Part shown: positions 1 to 13,300 of the stretch, one piece after another
Layout of the letters: the number at the start of each line of letters is the position of its first letter
How positions within the stretch are numbered: the first letter of the stretch is position 1
Assembly (NCBI GenBank): GCA_037447605.1
Contig: CM074814.1
Location: 2,852,001-2,916,000 of the forward strand
Direction: 5' to 3'
Origin: Zygnema circumcarinatum SAG 698-1b
Taxonomy: Eukaryota; Plantae; Zygnematophyceae
DNA: 64,000 bases
Notes under the pieces: model-generated
The model's database searches: none
What the model saw: only the letters and a program-made list of their open reading frames with translations
Told to the model about the DNA's origin: nothing
Position numbers and translations under genes: made by a program

Positions 1-902
1 AATCCCCTTATTCGCTCTCAGTCGAGAGTATGGTAGAACAAAATAGCTCCTCAAAGCAATCTCATACGGTACAAAATAGATTTGTATTTGAAATAGCCAG
101 AATTGACGGAGTAATTAATCTCGAAAGCTTGCAAAATCTTCTGCCCCAAGATGAAAGTGTGTTCACAAGTCTGGCCAAGATGAGGGAGGGAGGTGGGACA
201 GTGGACGGGAGAGAAAGAGTGGGAAAAAAAAGAGAGGCAGAGAAGGGGGAGAACTTGGCAATTCTCTGAGAAGGAGTAGGAGAGAACCGGGAGGAAGAAG
301 GAAAAGGGAGGGATGGGGGAGTGAGTGGAGAGAGTGCGTGAGCAAGGGGGAGAGAGAGATCGTGAGAGGGGGGAGAGAGAGAGGCGCACTCACGTGATAT
401 CTAGTGCGACTGAGAGCTGTGCATGGTGTTCACATATAGTACGGAACGCGTTCCACCATTCCCATGAGTCATAGAGGAGGCGGCCCGTCGATGGATCTCG
501 CTTCTGTTCCGTTGCATAGAAACCAATCCCCTTATTCGCTCTCAGTCGAGAGTATGGTAGAACAAAATAGCTCCTCAAAGCAATCTCATACGGTACAAAA
601 TAGATTTGTATTTGAAATAGCCAGAATTGACGGAGTAATTAATCTCGAAAGCTTGCAAAATCTTCTGCCCCAAGATGAAAGTGTGTTCACAAGTCTGGCC
701 AAGATGAGGGAGGGAGGTGGGACAGTGGACGGGAGAGAAAGAGTGGGAAAAAAAAGAGAGGCAGAGAAGGGGGAGAACTTGGCAATTCTCTGAGAAGGAG
801 TAGGAGAGAACCGGGAGGAAGAAGGAAAAGGGAGGGATGGGGGAGTGAGTGGAGAGAGTGCGTGAGCAAGGGGGAGAGAGAGATCGTGAGAGGGGGAGAG
901 AG
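1..902. repeat. Exact direct duplication: 1-~378 repeated at 525-~902 (offset 524)
   Basis: Sequence from position 1 (aatccccttattcgctc...) recurs at 525. The ORF-track peptides at 30..269 and in 464..793 are identical. The copies diverge only at a G-run near 370/894. Confidence 0.95.
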
Positions 903-3052
903 TGATCACCAGATAGACGTCATCCTCTGATATGAGATCCTCTCCCGCTTCCACTTCTGGGCAAACCAAAGGTATTCTCAGCCAGAGCTGCTCCCCCTCA
1001 GAAAACAGAAAAATCAGAAAACGTGATGGCCTAAAAATGATGCCACTATGAACGACTTAAAAAAAAACCGACTATACTTTCACTTTCATTCAAGCCAAAG
1101 GGTTAAGGAAAAGGATTGAGAGGTTGCTATGCATTGATATGCGAGTGAGAGTTCAAAATTTGAGTTTTTTAAAACTTTAATGTCTAATTCTTGCAGTAAT
1201 TCTGGTTTTCCAGTGCTGACCTGCATGTTAGAGAGGCCCTGCACAATCTGATTGACACATCTCGCATAGTTTCCGCAGTTGAGCCCTCGGGGAGTGGGCA
1301 GCAGGCACGCCTACAAGATTCCCCAACCGGATTCAGCGGATTTACATGAGCCCAGTTATCGTTAAACGGATTACATGAGTCCTCGAACTGCTTTGATTCT
1401 GATTTGTGCTGCTACTGCTGGGCCCCATCAGCCAAAACAATGGCAGAAATGGCCTGCACAGCATGCCTCGGAAAACAGGGGCACAGAGGAAAGCTGCATC
1501 AACCAAAGAGAGAACTTAGAGAGGGGGAGAGAAGGGGGAGGGCGAGAGTAAGGACGGGGAGGGAGCTGGAGAGGGAGTGAGAGAAGAAGAGTGGGGGAGA
1601 AAGTTGAAAGGGATAACGTGGTGAGATGCAGCAGGAGGGATGGGGGAAGAGAAAACCAGTCTCTCCCTTTGTCTATCTTTATGTCCATCTCACACAGACT
1701 TCTATACTGCACGCTCTCATCTTTGCGTCGCTCTATTAACATCTCCCACTGTTTCTTCTTAAGGAAGAAGTACGTTCTTATGACTAGTTCCTTGAATTTA
1801 CATTGATGCATTTGTCCAGAAACTTCTTGGCGCTGTAAGGCAATAACTACCTGCAAAGACAAGTGAGACGCCCAGCTGAGCTCTTGCTTCAAGGTTGCTT
1901 CACTGTCCGCTCGAACCAACTCGTCAGGAGAGTCTAAGTCCAACCATGGGCTTATCTTTCCTGCAGCATCAATGACCAATTAATCCTGGTAAGCACTTCA
2001 AGAGAGGAATTCGCATCGATGGTAAAATTAAGAAAAGAATTTTTAATGAATTAAGAAGGGACTGGTAAGCGGAGTAGCAGGAGGAGAAAGCAGGAGCATA
2101 AGGAAAGCATAAAGAGTAGAAAGAGGGCCAGAGATAGGAGGAGAGAGGAGTAGAAAGAGGAGCAGAAGGAAAAGGAGGAATGATAGTAAGAGGAGCAGGA
2201 AAGACGAGTAGGAAGAGGAGCAGGGGAGGGAGGACGAGGAGAGAGAGCTTCACCGACTACGTGGCTGCTCCACTGTGAGGGAGAAAGCACAAGGTCAGAG
2301 CCTGCGAATGGGGGCACCGGAGACCCAAGAGACTCCTGCCCCTTTTGCCGCGCGCTTTGGCTAGGACGGTACGATGGATGTGTCTGAGGGAATGCCAAAT
2401 AACGGGAAAAAAATATAATAAGTTAAGGAAATGCAGCGATAGAGTGATGCAAGAATAACGGCTTGCGTTGGGAGGGTTCGGAATGAGGCGATGCTAATCA
2501 CGCTGTTCCAAGTCAAGCGCTAAAAGACACACATTTGACAAGTCAAGGGGCTGCTGACATTTAAAAGGCGAGGCTTTGGGAACACAAGGGTTAGGGTTTG
2601 CACGAACTTCAAGTACCCAAAAGCATGTAAACAGTAGAAACCTGCCTTTACTCGTACGCGACGATGACATTCATGCTGATTGTCAATTAGCATTTGTGTT
2701 CTGCATATCTAGGTTTTGAAAAAACGTGGAGAATGGAAGAGCAAAAATAGAGAATAAATAGTGAATAATTAGGGTAATGGTTCACGTTAGGCATAGGATA
2801 AGTGGCTGCAGTTAGATGAAAATTAGGGTGAACTGAGGTAAAGGTTGAGGCAAGGTCAGGTTTAAGGTTAGCAGTAGCGTTCAGAGTTGGAGCAGAATTG
2901 TAAGTTGGTGAACTAACCAGAGGCGCCACGATGAAGTCGAACCCTCCCGCCAGATTGGCGCTCAGACTCGTCTGCACGTCATCGCTGAACGCAATCTCTG
3001 TGCCGCAGTACCGCGACTCGCCGCTGTCGCCCTGACGCTGACCTAACGGCAT
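394..3052 (-). CDS. PRMT5: Protein arginine N-methyltransferase 5 (SKB1/PRMT5), 5' part; gene continues past the window start
   Basis: Spliced exons 2918-3052, 2254-2383, 1851-1960, 1221-1310, 910-987 and 394-503, all GT-AG and in frame. They give [22 protein letters not shown]...GFDFIVAPL / THPSYRP...[19 protein letters not shown] / [10 protein letters not shown]...[14 protein letters not shown] / [22 protein letters not shown] / LWLRIPL / [25 protein letters not shown], the plant PRMT5 N-terminal TIM-barrel region. Confidence 0.95.
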
Positions 3053-3113
3053 GCCGGAAGGAGAGGGAGAGAGCGACAGAGAGACTGAGGGAGAGAGAGC
3101 CAGAGAGAACGAC

Positions 3114-3115
<2 letters not shown>

Positions 3116-3166
<51 letters not shown>
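3116..3166. repeat. (AG)n microsatellite in PRMT5 5' leader
   Basis: About 25 uninterrupted AG units just upstream of the PRMT5 ATG (3052, minus strand). Confidence 0.9.
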
Positions 3167-3170
<4 letters not shown>

Positions 3171-3205
3171 CGAGAAGCCGCGATTTTCAAGCTGTTGGAG
3201 TTACA

Positions 3206-3295
3206 GATATCGTATCGTATTCTTCCATATCGTATCGTATTTTTTACATGTATCGTATCGAGTGTACAATACAGGTGTCGATACAATACGGTTCA
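3206..3295. promoter_or_regulatory. TATCG/CGATA motif cluster upstream of PRMT5
   Basis: atatcgtatcgtat...atatcgtatcgtat...gtatcgtatcg...tcgatacaatacgg. Regulatory function is inferred from position only. Confidence 0.4.
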
Positions 3296-3446
3296 TAAAA
3301 CGGTGTACGAAACAAAACGGAATGTTTTATGCTAAATGTAACTGTACCTTTTTTACGCGTAGCGTGACACGATACTGATGACATGCATCTCTTTGTTTCT
3401 GTAAAAGTTCTCTGTTACACATAGATTTGGTTCAGGGATCCACGCG

Positions 3447-4125
3447 CCAATGGAAGCCAGCCACGTGGCCCACGCTGGCTGGCTGGCTTTGTGGTAGGCG
3501 ATTTTCCGGTGCAAAATTTGGAGGACTTATGTCATTTTCATCCAATAAAAGCATGTCACGTGGCAATTCGTTGAAACAAACATGCTGATTTTTCCGCGCC
3601 AGAAAAATAAAATCGCGCCGCCACTGCGGAAGGACCTCCCAAACTGCGAACGGATCTCGCACATAGACGTTTGTCGGTGGCCGTTTGGTCCCTCCGGAGT
3701 TCCATGATCGAACTTTTGTTCAGCCGAGCCACGACGCCACGCTGCTTGTAAAATCACATTAACACGTTTCGATCATTTGGGCATGCCACGTCACCATTAT
3801 GATGATGTGGACCAACCAACGACGAGCTTACCGACCAAATTTCTGGTCTTGTCCATGCTTTGATTTCTCCGTTTCCGCTCCCCATACAGTACGTCCTTCC
3901 GTAGAGCTTTCGAACCTCATACCGGGTCACATATTGGTCCGGTAATAGGTCCGGAGAGAGGCTCGTTTTAGCCTCGGATCTTTGGGCACCGACCTACTGG
4001 CCTATGCCTAGTTCCGCCCGCATGGCCATGCATGGGGTGGCAGGTAGATGGGCATGGGGCCATGGCGAACTTTGGGCATGCTTCATCCAATGGAACATCA
4101 CCACGTGGCGAATGGTGTACACGTG
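3447..4125. promoter_or_regulatory. Divergent promoter (PRMT5 / epimerase) with G-boxes and CCAAT motifs
   Basis: CACGTG at 3462, 3557, 4102 and 4120 (GCCACGTGGC palindrome 3460-3469). CCAAT near 3447, 3542 and 4087. Lies between head-to-head ATGs at 3052 and 4451. Confidence 0.45.
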
Positions 4126-4450
4126 GTAAGTCATGATTGGAAGATGGTGGAGTCAGTTCTCCATGGACGAAGGTCTACAAAGGGAGTTCGAGCAGAGTCA
4201 AAGGAGTCGTAGAGGGAGAAAGAGAGAGGGACATTGGGGAGGAGAGGGAGAGGGAGAGGGAGAGGTTGAGAGAGAGAGGGAGAAGCGCGGTGAAGGAAGA
4301 GAGGAAACAGGAGGAGCGAAATAACAGAGTGGGATTAATTAGGGTTTTGAAAAAGGCTGGTTGCTGGGCGCTGACTTGTGAGGACGAGGAGCATCTTTAG
4401 GATTTGTAGTTGTTTGAACGGGGACTTTCTTGAGGGATTTAGAAACGGCG

Positions 4451-7328
4451 ATGCCGCCTTTAAAAGTGGTTAAGGATGAGAGCTCGGGGCTGGAGAAGGT
4501 GATTCTGAAAGAGGCGCACGGCAGCAGTGCTGAAGTAAGTGATGCAGTAGGGAAGAGGTGCTTGATGTTCTGCGGATGTGCAAACGATGGAAAGAGGCTT
4601 GTATTCTATCATGTGGTATCGTGTGGTTGCGTGTTGGAATGATTTGGAAGAATCTGAAACGGTAGGCAAATGTTTGAAATGATTCGTGGGCAGTTGCAAA
4701 GTCTCAGAAGGATTAGATAGATTTGGAGTGTTTCTAGTGGATTCAGACGGATTCGGATGGAGTTAGTAGTTTTGTTGACGGAGCTGCTTTTGATTTGTAA
4801 GGCGAATGAAATGTTCCTCGGGCTCTGCTCTCAATCGTCCATTTTTTCTGCACGGGTTTGCTTTCCTGAAAATCGGTTGCAGGTGTTTCTTCATGGGGGG
4901 CACGTTACTTCTTGGAAGAGCGAGAAGGGCGAAGAGCATATCTTTCTAAGCAGCAAGGTACAAATAATATGAAGAAGAGAAGAAGAAGCAGAAGAAATAA
5001 AATCAGAGGCATCAAGAGACGCATTTTGCGGCCGTATGGCCTCCTTGAACTTGTTAACATATCGTTATGTTCCAAAGGTGAAGAGCAGGGAAGCATGAAG
5101 GCTGACGTGCTGCAGTTAGCTTCTGCTCCTTATCTGGATGTCAAGTTTTTTCTTCTCGCTTTGCTGGATTTACTTTATCATTAAGTTACTGTAACGTCAT
5201 TTTCCATTTTTGAATTACGTAATGTTTTTGCTATTCAGAAGAGGGATACAGAGAAGGGGACTGCGAGAAATGGACGAGATAGAGTGTGTGTGAGAGAGAG
5301 AGAGAGAAAGAAGGAGAGGGAGGAGAGAGCAAGAGAGAAAGGGGGGGGCTGATCAATAGGTCGTTCGCCAACGCAGGCAGTTTTCAAGCCTCCGAAAGCA
5401 ATCCGTGGCGGTATTCCTATCTGCTTCCCACAGGTACGTCTAGCTTGTATTTGCATCGAGATGGATTTTTTTTTGAGAAGAATGGAATTAGAAAACACTG
5501 TAAGCAGCTGCACTGCCTGCAGTTAAAGGCGTTTAACGTCTATCGGAAATAGGAGAAGGTAAAGTAAAGGTGAAGAAGTCTGTGTTTTATGGATCTGCAG
5601 TTTGGTCCGCTTGCGCCGTTGGATCAACATGGATTTGCGCGAAATCGACCATGGATCCTTGATCCTGCCAGTCCCAATGACGAGCCACACGCAGTGGATC
5701 TGCTTCTGGTACCTTCGGAGGATGACAAGAAGCTTTGGCCTCACAGGTCCGTAACCTCAATCTGGAGGAGTCTCTTCTTCTCCTCTCTCTCTCTCTCCCT
5801 CTCACTCTTCCTCCCTATAGCTCTCTCTCTCTCTCTCTCTCTCACTCTCTCCCTCTCTATCTCCCCTCTCCCCGGGCCCCTCCCTTCCCGACTCACCTTT
5901 TTCTGAATGAACATTCAAAGTTGCCGTCGGTTCTGGATTTTCCAGTTGTTGATTATGAAAAAAGGGGAGTAAATCATAGAGTTTTTTTTTTGAGTTAATG
6001 TACATCTGGAGGTTTTCGTTGACGCCAGTTTTTTCTGTGCAGCTTTGAGCTTCGAATGAGGGTAAATGTTGGCCCTGCGGGAGAACTGTCCTCTTTGGTT
6101 CGGGTTACAAATGTGGACTCTAAGCCTTTCACATTCACCTTCGCTTTGCATACCTATCTTGCGGTTTCGGATATTAGGTACTTGAAATTCTTACTCTTTC
6201 TGCATGTGTATGCAGCAATTCACTTGTCAATTCCTGTGTAATGTTGTAGGTGAGAGCAGAGCCATTCTATTGTGTTGTGAGAATGTGGGGAGAGTTGTGC
6301 TGGAAGATGGGGGATGACAATTCCTTAGTATTTATGACTTGAGACTGAATTGCTGTAATGCAGTGAGGTTCGCATCGAAGGGCTGGAAACTTTGGACTAT
6401 TTGGACAATTTGAAAGGTCGAGACCGTGTCACAGACCAGGGCGACTCGATATCTTTCGATTCTGAGGTAAATGTCTGCAGCGCTGCATAGCCAAGCAGGG
6501 ATTCTGAACCCTTAATTTTGTGATGTGGAGAGGGATGGCTGTCTAACCATTTTATTTTTCTGGGAGATTCAACCTTAAGTATGGGAGATTGCTTTAATCA
6601 ATGCAACATTTTCAATGCGTAAAGAGAAGTTGGGTCTGCAAGGTAACTTTTGCTTGACAAGATGAAATATGATTAATGGCATTTGAAGTATTCTTGATGA
6701 GGGGACCTTGGAGGTGCAGTTTGACAGGATATATTTGAGCACTCCTTCAAAAATTGCGATTGTCGATCATTCCAAGCATAAAACGGTGGTTCTTGTGAAG
6801 GAAGGGCTCCCTGATGCAGGTAATGCCCGCATTGGGTTGTACTTGCTTTCTTTGCTTGCTTGATTTTCAGTGTGCCGTTTTGTGAAAACAAGGATCGATA
6901 CACTGCCGAACAGGAATCACGTTTTTTAAATGTATGTATCCCAATTGATTCCATGCGCAGCCTCTCAAGGCTTAAAAAGTTTCGCTGTCCTCTCCTTTCC
7001 CTCCTTCCTCGCTCCCACCCTAGTCCACACCTCCGACTCCTCCGCCTCCTCCATCGACCTTCTCCCCATTTTTCCCTTTGCTAACACTCGGCTTATTCCC
7101 CGTTTTGCAGTTGTTTGGAATCCATGGAAAGATAAAGCGAAGGGGATGTCGGATTTTGGAGACGATGACTTCAAGCGAATGGTATGTGTTGAAGCAGCTG
7201 CCATAGAGAAGCCCATCACATTGAAGTCAGGAGAGGAGTGGCATGCCCGGCAAGAACTGAAGGCTGTACCCTCCAGCTACTACAGCGGGCAACTAGACCC
7301 AAACCTCGTATTGAAAGGTGCACAGTAA
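4451..7328 (+). CDS. Glucose-6-phosphate 1-epimerase-like (aldose 1-epimerase / galactose mutarotase family), ~305 aa
   Basis: Exons 4451-4534, 4883-4957, 5377-5433, 5601-5746, 6043-6177, 6364-6466, 6720-6819 and 7111-7328 sum to 918 nt. Motifs: LHGGHVTSWK, AIRGGIPICFPQF, QHGFARN, FTFALHTY, EGLETLDYLD, GLPDAVVWNPW, MVCVEAA. Confidence 0.93.
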
Positions 7329-8674
7329 ATTGTAAGGCTTTGTAAATTCTAGGAACGACCATATAAAGGAACAGGCTAAGCTGAGAAGTGGGATCGGCCG
7401 GCGGAGTCTTTCAGTTACAAAGTGATGGCGAGATGCTCCCCCGGAGCGGGCCGTCCGATGCGACATCATTTGGCTTATGTCGAGGATGTGTTGCATGATG
7501 CAAGGAGGGATGTGGGCGTGGCTGTCATGTCATGTCAAGTCAGGTCACTACATGGCACGTCGTGGCATGGGATGGCATGGCATATATGCATGGTAGGTCG
7601 TCACATGAAGCCATGCAGCTTTTAGGGAGCTGACCTTTGCATCCACTACGATATGAGCTTAGCATTGACTCCAAGAGATTCATTCTTTGTGCAGACGATT
7701 TTAGGGTTTTGGGGCTGGTGCAGCTCGTTTGCCCCGTTTTGACTTTTAGGGTTTGTAGGAGGGCAACTGCACTGGCCAATATTATAATGTGAAGACGCTT
7801 TGTCAACAATACCAAATGTACAAATGTATCGATGCATGTCTTGCATGGCAACTGTTTGTGGCTGAAGCCAAAAGCCTTACAACCCTAAACTCGGAAGTCG
7901 GACACATTCCAAGGATTGGTAACATGTCGCTGCAACTCTTGTCATCAGGAAGTTGGCTTTCTCAACTTCATTTTGAAAAATGCCCAACTTGTTGTCGTTG
8001 CACAGGATATGATTGACATTGGCTAAAACCGTTATGAAACTACTCCAACGCCCAAATCCAACACTCCAATTCTAATCACCCTAAGAACGCTTGATAAGTT
8101 TGAAGTCCTTAAGAATCCTGAAGACTCTGGAAAATCCTATATCCCCTACAAACAGTAATATCACAGCAACTGAGGCCATTTAGCTGAAAGGAATTGACCA
8201 CGTTCTGGTTTTGTGCTTCGGCCGCCCTGTCGATGTGAAGCGGCGCAATGCTCCATGGAGCAGGCAGCCTGTCCTGAGGACCTGAGGCACCTCAGGGTGA
8301 AATGGAGAGCATGCCGCACCTTAGTGTAGGAACAAGGCACTTCAACTTCTTCCATGCAGCGCAGTTTTTGCGACGTTTTAACGTAAGCAAAGTTTAAGGA
8401 TTAGGATGCGCAGGTAGGATTAGGCTTCAAGCTATTTTCTTTTTTCTTTTTTCTTTTTATTCTTCCCTATTGAGTTTGTTGTTGTGCTGGAATATGGCAG
8501 TTGGTTGAACAAGCTCTGAAGGCAAAAGAGGGACGTTGGAGGAACTGAAATTGAAATTGGAACTGAAACTGGAACTGCCCACATACAAACACCACTCTGC
8601 GGACTTTTCCCGTCCAAGAAAATGAAAGAAAACTTGCATCTGTCCCTTATCCAAAAGATAACACGTACACCTGG

Positions 8675-8800
8675 ACCCCTGAACCCCTGAACCCTAAACC
8701 CTCGGCTCTCTAACCCTATAACCTAAACCCTGAACCCTGATCTTAAACCCTGAACCGTGATCTTAAACCCTGAACCCTGACCGTAAAAATGAACCCTACT
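8675..8800. repeat. Degenerate telomere-like (CCCTAAA/CCCTGAA) repeats with a 20-bp tandem unit
   Basis: aaaccctgaacc(c/g)tgatctt at 8725-8744, 8745-8764 and partially 8765-8780, embedded in further aaccct units, just downstream of the Twinkle stop. Confidence 0.75.
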
Positions 8801-8833
8801 TTCCGACATCCGTTGAAGGACATGTGAGCTTGC

Positions 8834-10273
8834 TTACAAATTTTGGTGCTGTGAGCTTTGCGCTTCAGAGGCATACAAGTCATCATCCTCCACGTCGTAA
8901 TATCTTCCCGTCACCCTGCAATAGAGGCAAGGGGTTGTGCGGCCAGAAAGTAAAAAGGAAGCCCTGAACCCTACAAATGTCTCAACCCATGAAAACCCTA
9001 AAAATCCCGCAAGCCCAAACCCAATGGAATTGCAGAATCGTGATGTGAATAGATGATGTGATTTGACGACATGATGTGACAGCGTTATGTTAGTGGAATG
9101 ATGATGACATCATGCCGTGATGACATCATGAGGATGATGACATCATGAGGACAACATAATGCAGACGACACGATAGGAGAGGGAAACATAACGTTCTGTC
9201 ACGGAATCACGTGACATAACATCGGCTGCAGAAAAGTAAAGCAGGGTGAAGGTTTGCAGGGATTCCCTCGGAGCCCTTTCTATCCCCAAAACGAACCGTG
9301 CCTCTCTCTTGCTCCAATTTCTACATTAGGTCCGAACACTGCATTTCGCCCCTAAATAAGGTCTATGGCCATGGAGGGACAAAAAAAAAACATGGAGAAG
9401 TCAAGCCGAGAGAAGCCGCACCTGTCGTATCGCAAAGTCGCATCTCCAATCGTTCCCGCCATTTTATTTCGTACCTTTTTCACGAACACCTGCACCCATT
9501 ACATTACATTTTGACGTATAAATGACATAACATAAAACTGCTGCGCTTTCCATCCTTTCTTATAACTTCAGACATATTTAAGGTTTTCATTTTTGTGAAT
9601 CTATGTTCATTACTTTAAAATAAATGGTTTTAGAGTTGATAGTCCCGTCATGCTTTCTAGTTGGAACATCACACTCTTAGGGTTAAGCTTTTAGGGTATG
9701 TGAAGGTCGGCACCTTCACATGATCCAAAGGGCCTGCTTCGGCATCCCGATTTCTATGTACAACAATTCCGTTATCGCATTTGTTCACAAAATGTGCACT
9801 CCCGCTGATGTCATACAATCCCGGAGCATCGCCTCTCCATTGCTGCAGCTGCATCACATTTGCACATACAAATTCCCAGGTGTCACTCGCCTCCCTCTAG
9901 CTCCCTCTCCCCCTTCTCCCATAACCCTAACTCTCCCTGCCCCATCCCGCCCCCCTCCCCCTCCCCCTCCCCCTCTCCCTCCCCCTCCCCCTCCCCTCCC
10001 CCTCCCGTTCCCGTTCCCCCTGCCCTTTCCCCTTCCCCTTCCCCCCCCCCCCTTTTCCTCTCCCTGTTTCTCCCTCTCCAACTCCTTCTCCCTCCTCCCT
10101 CTCCCCCTCTCCCTCCCCTTCAGGAAGGACCAAATCTGACCTGCTTTGGGTGGGCGACAAACCACACGTGGCAGTCGTGGTGCTGCGCAAACCTCTTCAC
10201 CTTTGTCAGCATTTGACTCACATACTCCGTCTCTGTCCTGCATAGAACCGTTCTCGGGGGGGGGTCGCGAGAG

Positions 10274-10304
<31 letters not shown>

Positions 10305-13300
10305 GAGAGTGAGACAGAGAAAAGGGAGGAGAGATAAAAGGGTGAAAGTAGGAGCAGAGAAGTAAAGGAGAGAGCGGGAGAGATAAACAGGGAGAGGAAA
10401 GAGACAGAGGAACCGAAAACAGTTGGAAGTTAGAAAGAGAGAGGAAGCTGAAAGAGCCATTCATCTGTCTTTGATTAAAATAGAAAAATCCAATACGTAT
10501 TTCAACGTTCTATGCTTACTGTTGAGCTGGCCGTTGGTGGTCGAGCTCGTTGTACGGATCTATGACGAGGCCCCGTATCCCAAAACGGAGAACTGCAGCT
10601 CGAGCTAAACTGAGGACCCATTCTATGGAGGGAAGTTCGTCGTCCTCACAGCGAATCACATGGAAGTTCGCGTCCACCCATTCCTTTGCATCGTTCATTT
10701 CCGCAAAACTCATTCGTTGCACGTTTTTTGCATAGCTGCACTCATGGAACCCAACAAAGAAAAAGGGAAAAGGGATCATTCTCACAGACAGACGGGCCAA
10801 CGTAGGACGACGTCAGCAACGTGAAGGGACAGCATCAGCAGATTCCGCTTCCAGCATGCATAGACACAGGTGATGACGGCTTGTGACGTCAGCATACATG
10901 GAATGATGTCAGCAAGAAAGGAACTGCAGGTCTGATTATATGTAGGTTATGACGTTTCTACTCGAACTTTAAGCTTCGGAACGTGGTTGAATGGTTGAAA
11001 CCGTTTCACAAAGCAAACGTGGAAACGCGCATAAGAATGGAAAGTGGCAGTAGAACTGAAAATGCGACAAAATAGTGATGGAACTGCTCATGGAACAGGC
11101 TCTCACGGCGCATCTAAGAACGGTTTTCCGACATATTTTTCGATCAATTTCCTTGCGTGCTCCTTCACCTGCCTCCCTTACATTTTCAAAACCGACCCAC
11201 AAAATAGGAGGGGTCAAGGCAAGTGCTTGAAACTACTTGAGCATTTAACACGTGATTCATTTTATATAAGATAAAAAGCAATACAAAAAGAAAAAGAGAA
11301 ATGAAAGATAAGCGACAGACATCCACAAAACAAAACGGATTGCAAAGCAGGGGGGGGTTGCTAGGGGGGAGAGAGAAAAGGGGAGAGAGAGATCGAGAGA
11401 GTTCGAGAGAGATTGAGGGAGAGAGAGTGTGTCTGAGAGAGAGAGAGGGAGAGGGAGGGGTTGGGCAAGCTTGACCCACCTTGTTTTCCATGGAACATAA
11501 TGCAAAAGTCCATCCGTGAGCAAGGCACAAATTGCAGCAGAGAGCGTCGATCCATTCGCTCTTACCGGAATTCGGAACTCCGGTGACAACTGTCAGCTCT
11601 CCCAAAACTACCTGCCGCCCAAAAGGACAATCAAGATGTAATATCAGGATAACAATATGAGGAAATATCCAGACCCTCCGAAATGTAAATGGGCAAGATT
11701 TCAGGGTTTACAGCGGAGTTTATCAAGGCTGCGAAGGGTTGTAAGGCAGTTTTCTGACTTTGTAAGGATGTCCTTTTCATGGTCTCCTACTCCTTGGGGT
11801 TTGTATGGATTTTTAAAGTTTGTCAGGAAAATCTTTCAGGGTTGTAAAGGATGGCTACTCAAGGTTTGTAACGGGGTTTATTTTCATGAATCGAAGTGAT
11901 GTCTTTAAGGTCTGTAGAGAGAGAGAGTGTGACAGAGAGAGCGAGGGAGAGAGAGGGAGAGGCTCCCTACTCTGTAGGTCTCGTCGAGGCTCCGCCAGCC
12001 CGTGGAGACGCATAGCTCCTCCCTCTGCTCGCTGCGGTAGAGGCAGTCGATCTCTGCGAAGTAGTCGCGGAAGCGGAACAGTCCGCGGATGGGGATGGGC
12101 TCAGAGCGCTGCAGACACTCGCGGAGACCCTCCGACCCCTTCTCTAAGAGGACCTGGGGGAGGGGGGAGGGNNNNNNNNNNGGGGAGGAGGGAGTGGAGA
12201 GGGGAGAGGGGAGAGGTGGGAGGGGGAGGGGGAAGGGGGAGGGGGGAGGGGAAGGGAGGGGAGGAGCAGATGGCGTTAGTATTGGTAGCAATCTCCATTT
12301 TATCCTGCTTGCGACGTGACGACACGTCTGTAAGTTTAATAATTTTTGCACGAAACATCAAACAGCAGAATTCAAAAGGAACGAATGCCGAAAAATTAAC
12401 ATTGACGATGGCAAAGGGATGGAAGTAGGGTCTCACCTCATTCGCATCTTTGAAAGGGCCCTCGTCATCCTTCATAGGCCACCTCACACGCCAACACCTG
12501 CAATTCCTCACAAACCTAAAACTCTTGAAAAGAAGGTAAAAAAATGCAATAGGAAGGAGTACGCAAAATCTCTGAGGTCTTCAGATTCTCAGGGCAGTGG
12601 GTTTAATGTTTTTTGGTTTTAGAGTATTTGATATTATTTAGAGCATTGATAGTGCTTAGGATTTAAGTCTTGTTTGGGGGTCCACCTTTCCCTGCCTAAT
12701 CGCCTAGCCAGCTCCTCTGCAAGCGCATTTCCCGGCTCATCTGCATCTGTAGCGAGGATGATTTTTGTGGCCTGCAGATTTTAGCATTGGAAAAAGAGAA
12801 CAATTTGATTAGTTTAATCGACAAAGCATAATAGCACGTAAGCCAAGCAAACCAGCTGTTTCCCAATGAGAAAACGAGACTAACCTTATCCAAATGCTCC
12901 CTGCAGTTCCACAGGAATTCATATTTTGAATCCTGCCATCACATCCAGAGATAAGGGTTAACAACAATTTAAGGAAGCTCCCGCTCTCCCATCTCCCCGC
13001 GTCGCTCCGTCCCTTCCCCCCTCTCCCTCCCCACCTTCTCCCTTGCCCCCTCCCCACTCTCCCTCTCCTTCCCTCCGGCCTCACTCTCTCCCTCTCCCGC
13101 CACCCCTCCCGTTCCCCTCCTTCTCCCCATCCCTCCTCCTCCACTCACCTCCTCCATCTCCCGCGCTCTCTCTGTAACTGCTTTCTTTCCCCCCTCCCCC
13201 AACTCTCTCCTTCCCCCCATTCCCCCCTTCCCCTTCCCCTCCCCTCCCTCCCCCTCCCCTCTCTCCTTGTCTCCCCCTCTTTCTCATTCTCTTTCCCTCA

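Noticed and set aside
30-793. Duplicated plus-strand ORFs [10 protein letters not shown]...
   Set aside because: They are antisense to PRMT5 introns, start at non-ATG or weak starts and have no recognisable domain. Their identity simply reflects the DNA duplication.
8552-8578. GAAACT/GAAATT hexamer runs shared with 53467-53490
   Set aside because: They are too short and low in complexity to imply homology.
8675-8800. Chromosome end / true telomere
   Set aside because: The repeats are short, degenerate and flanked by genes on both sides.
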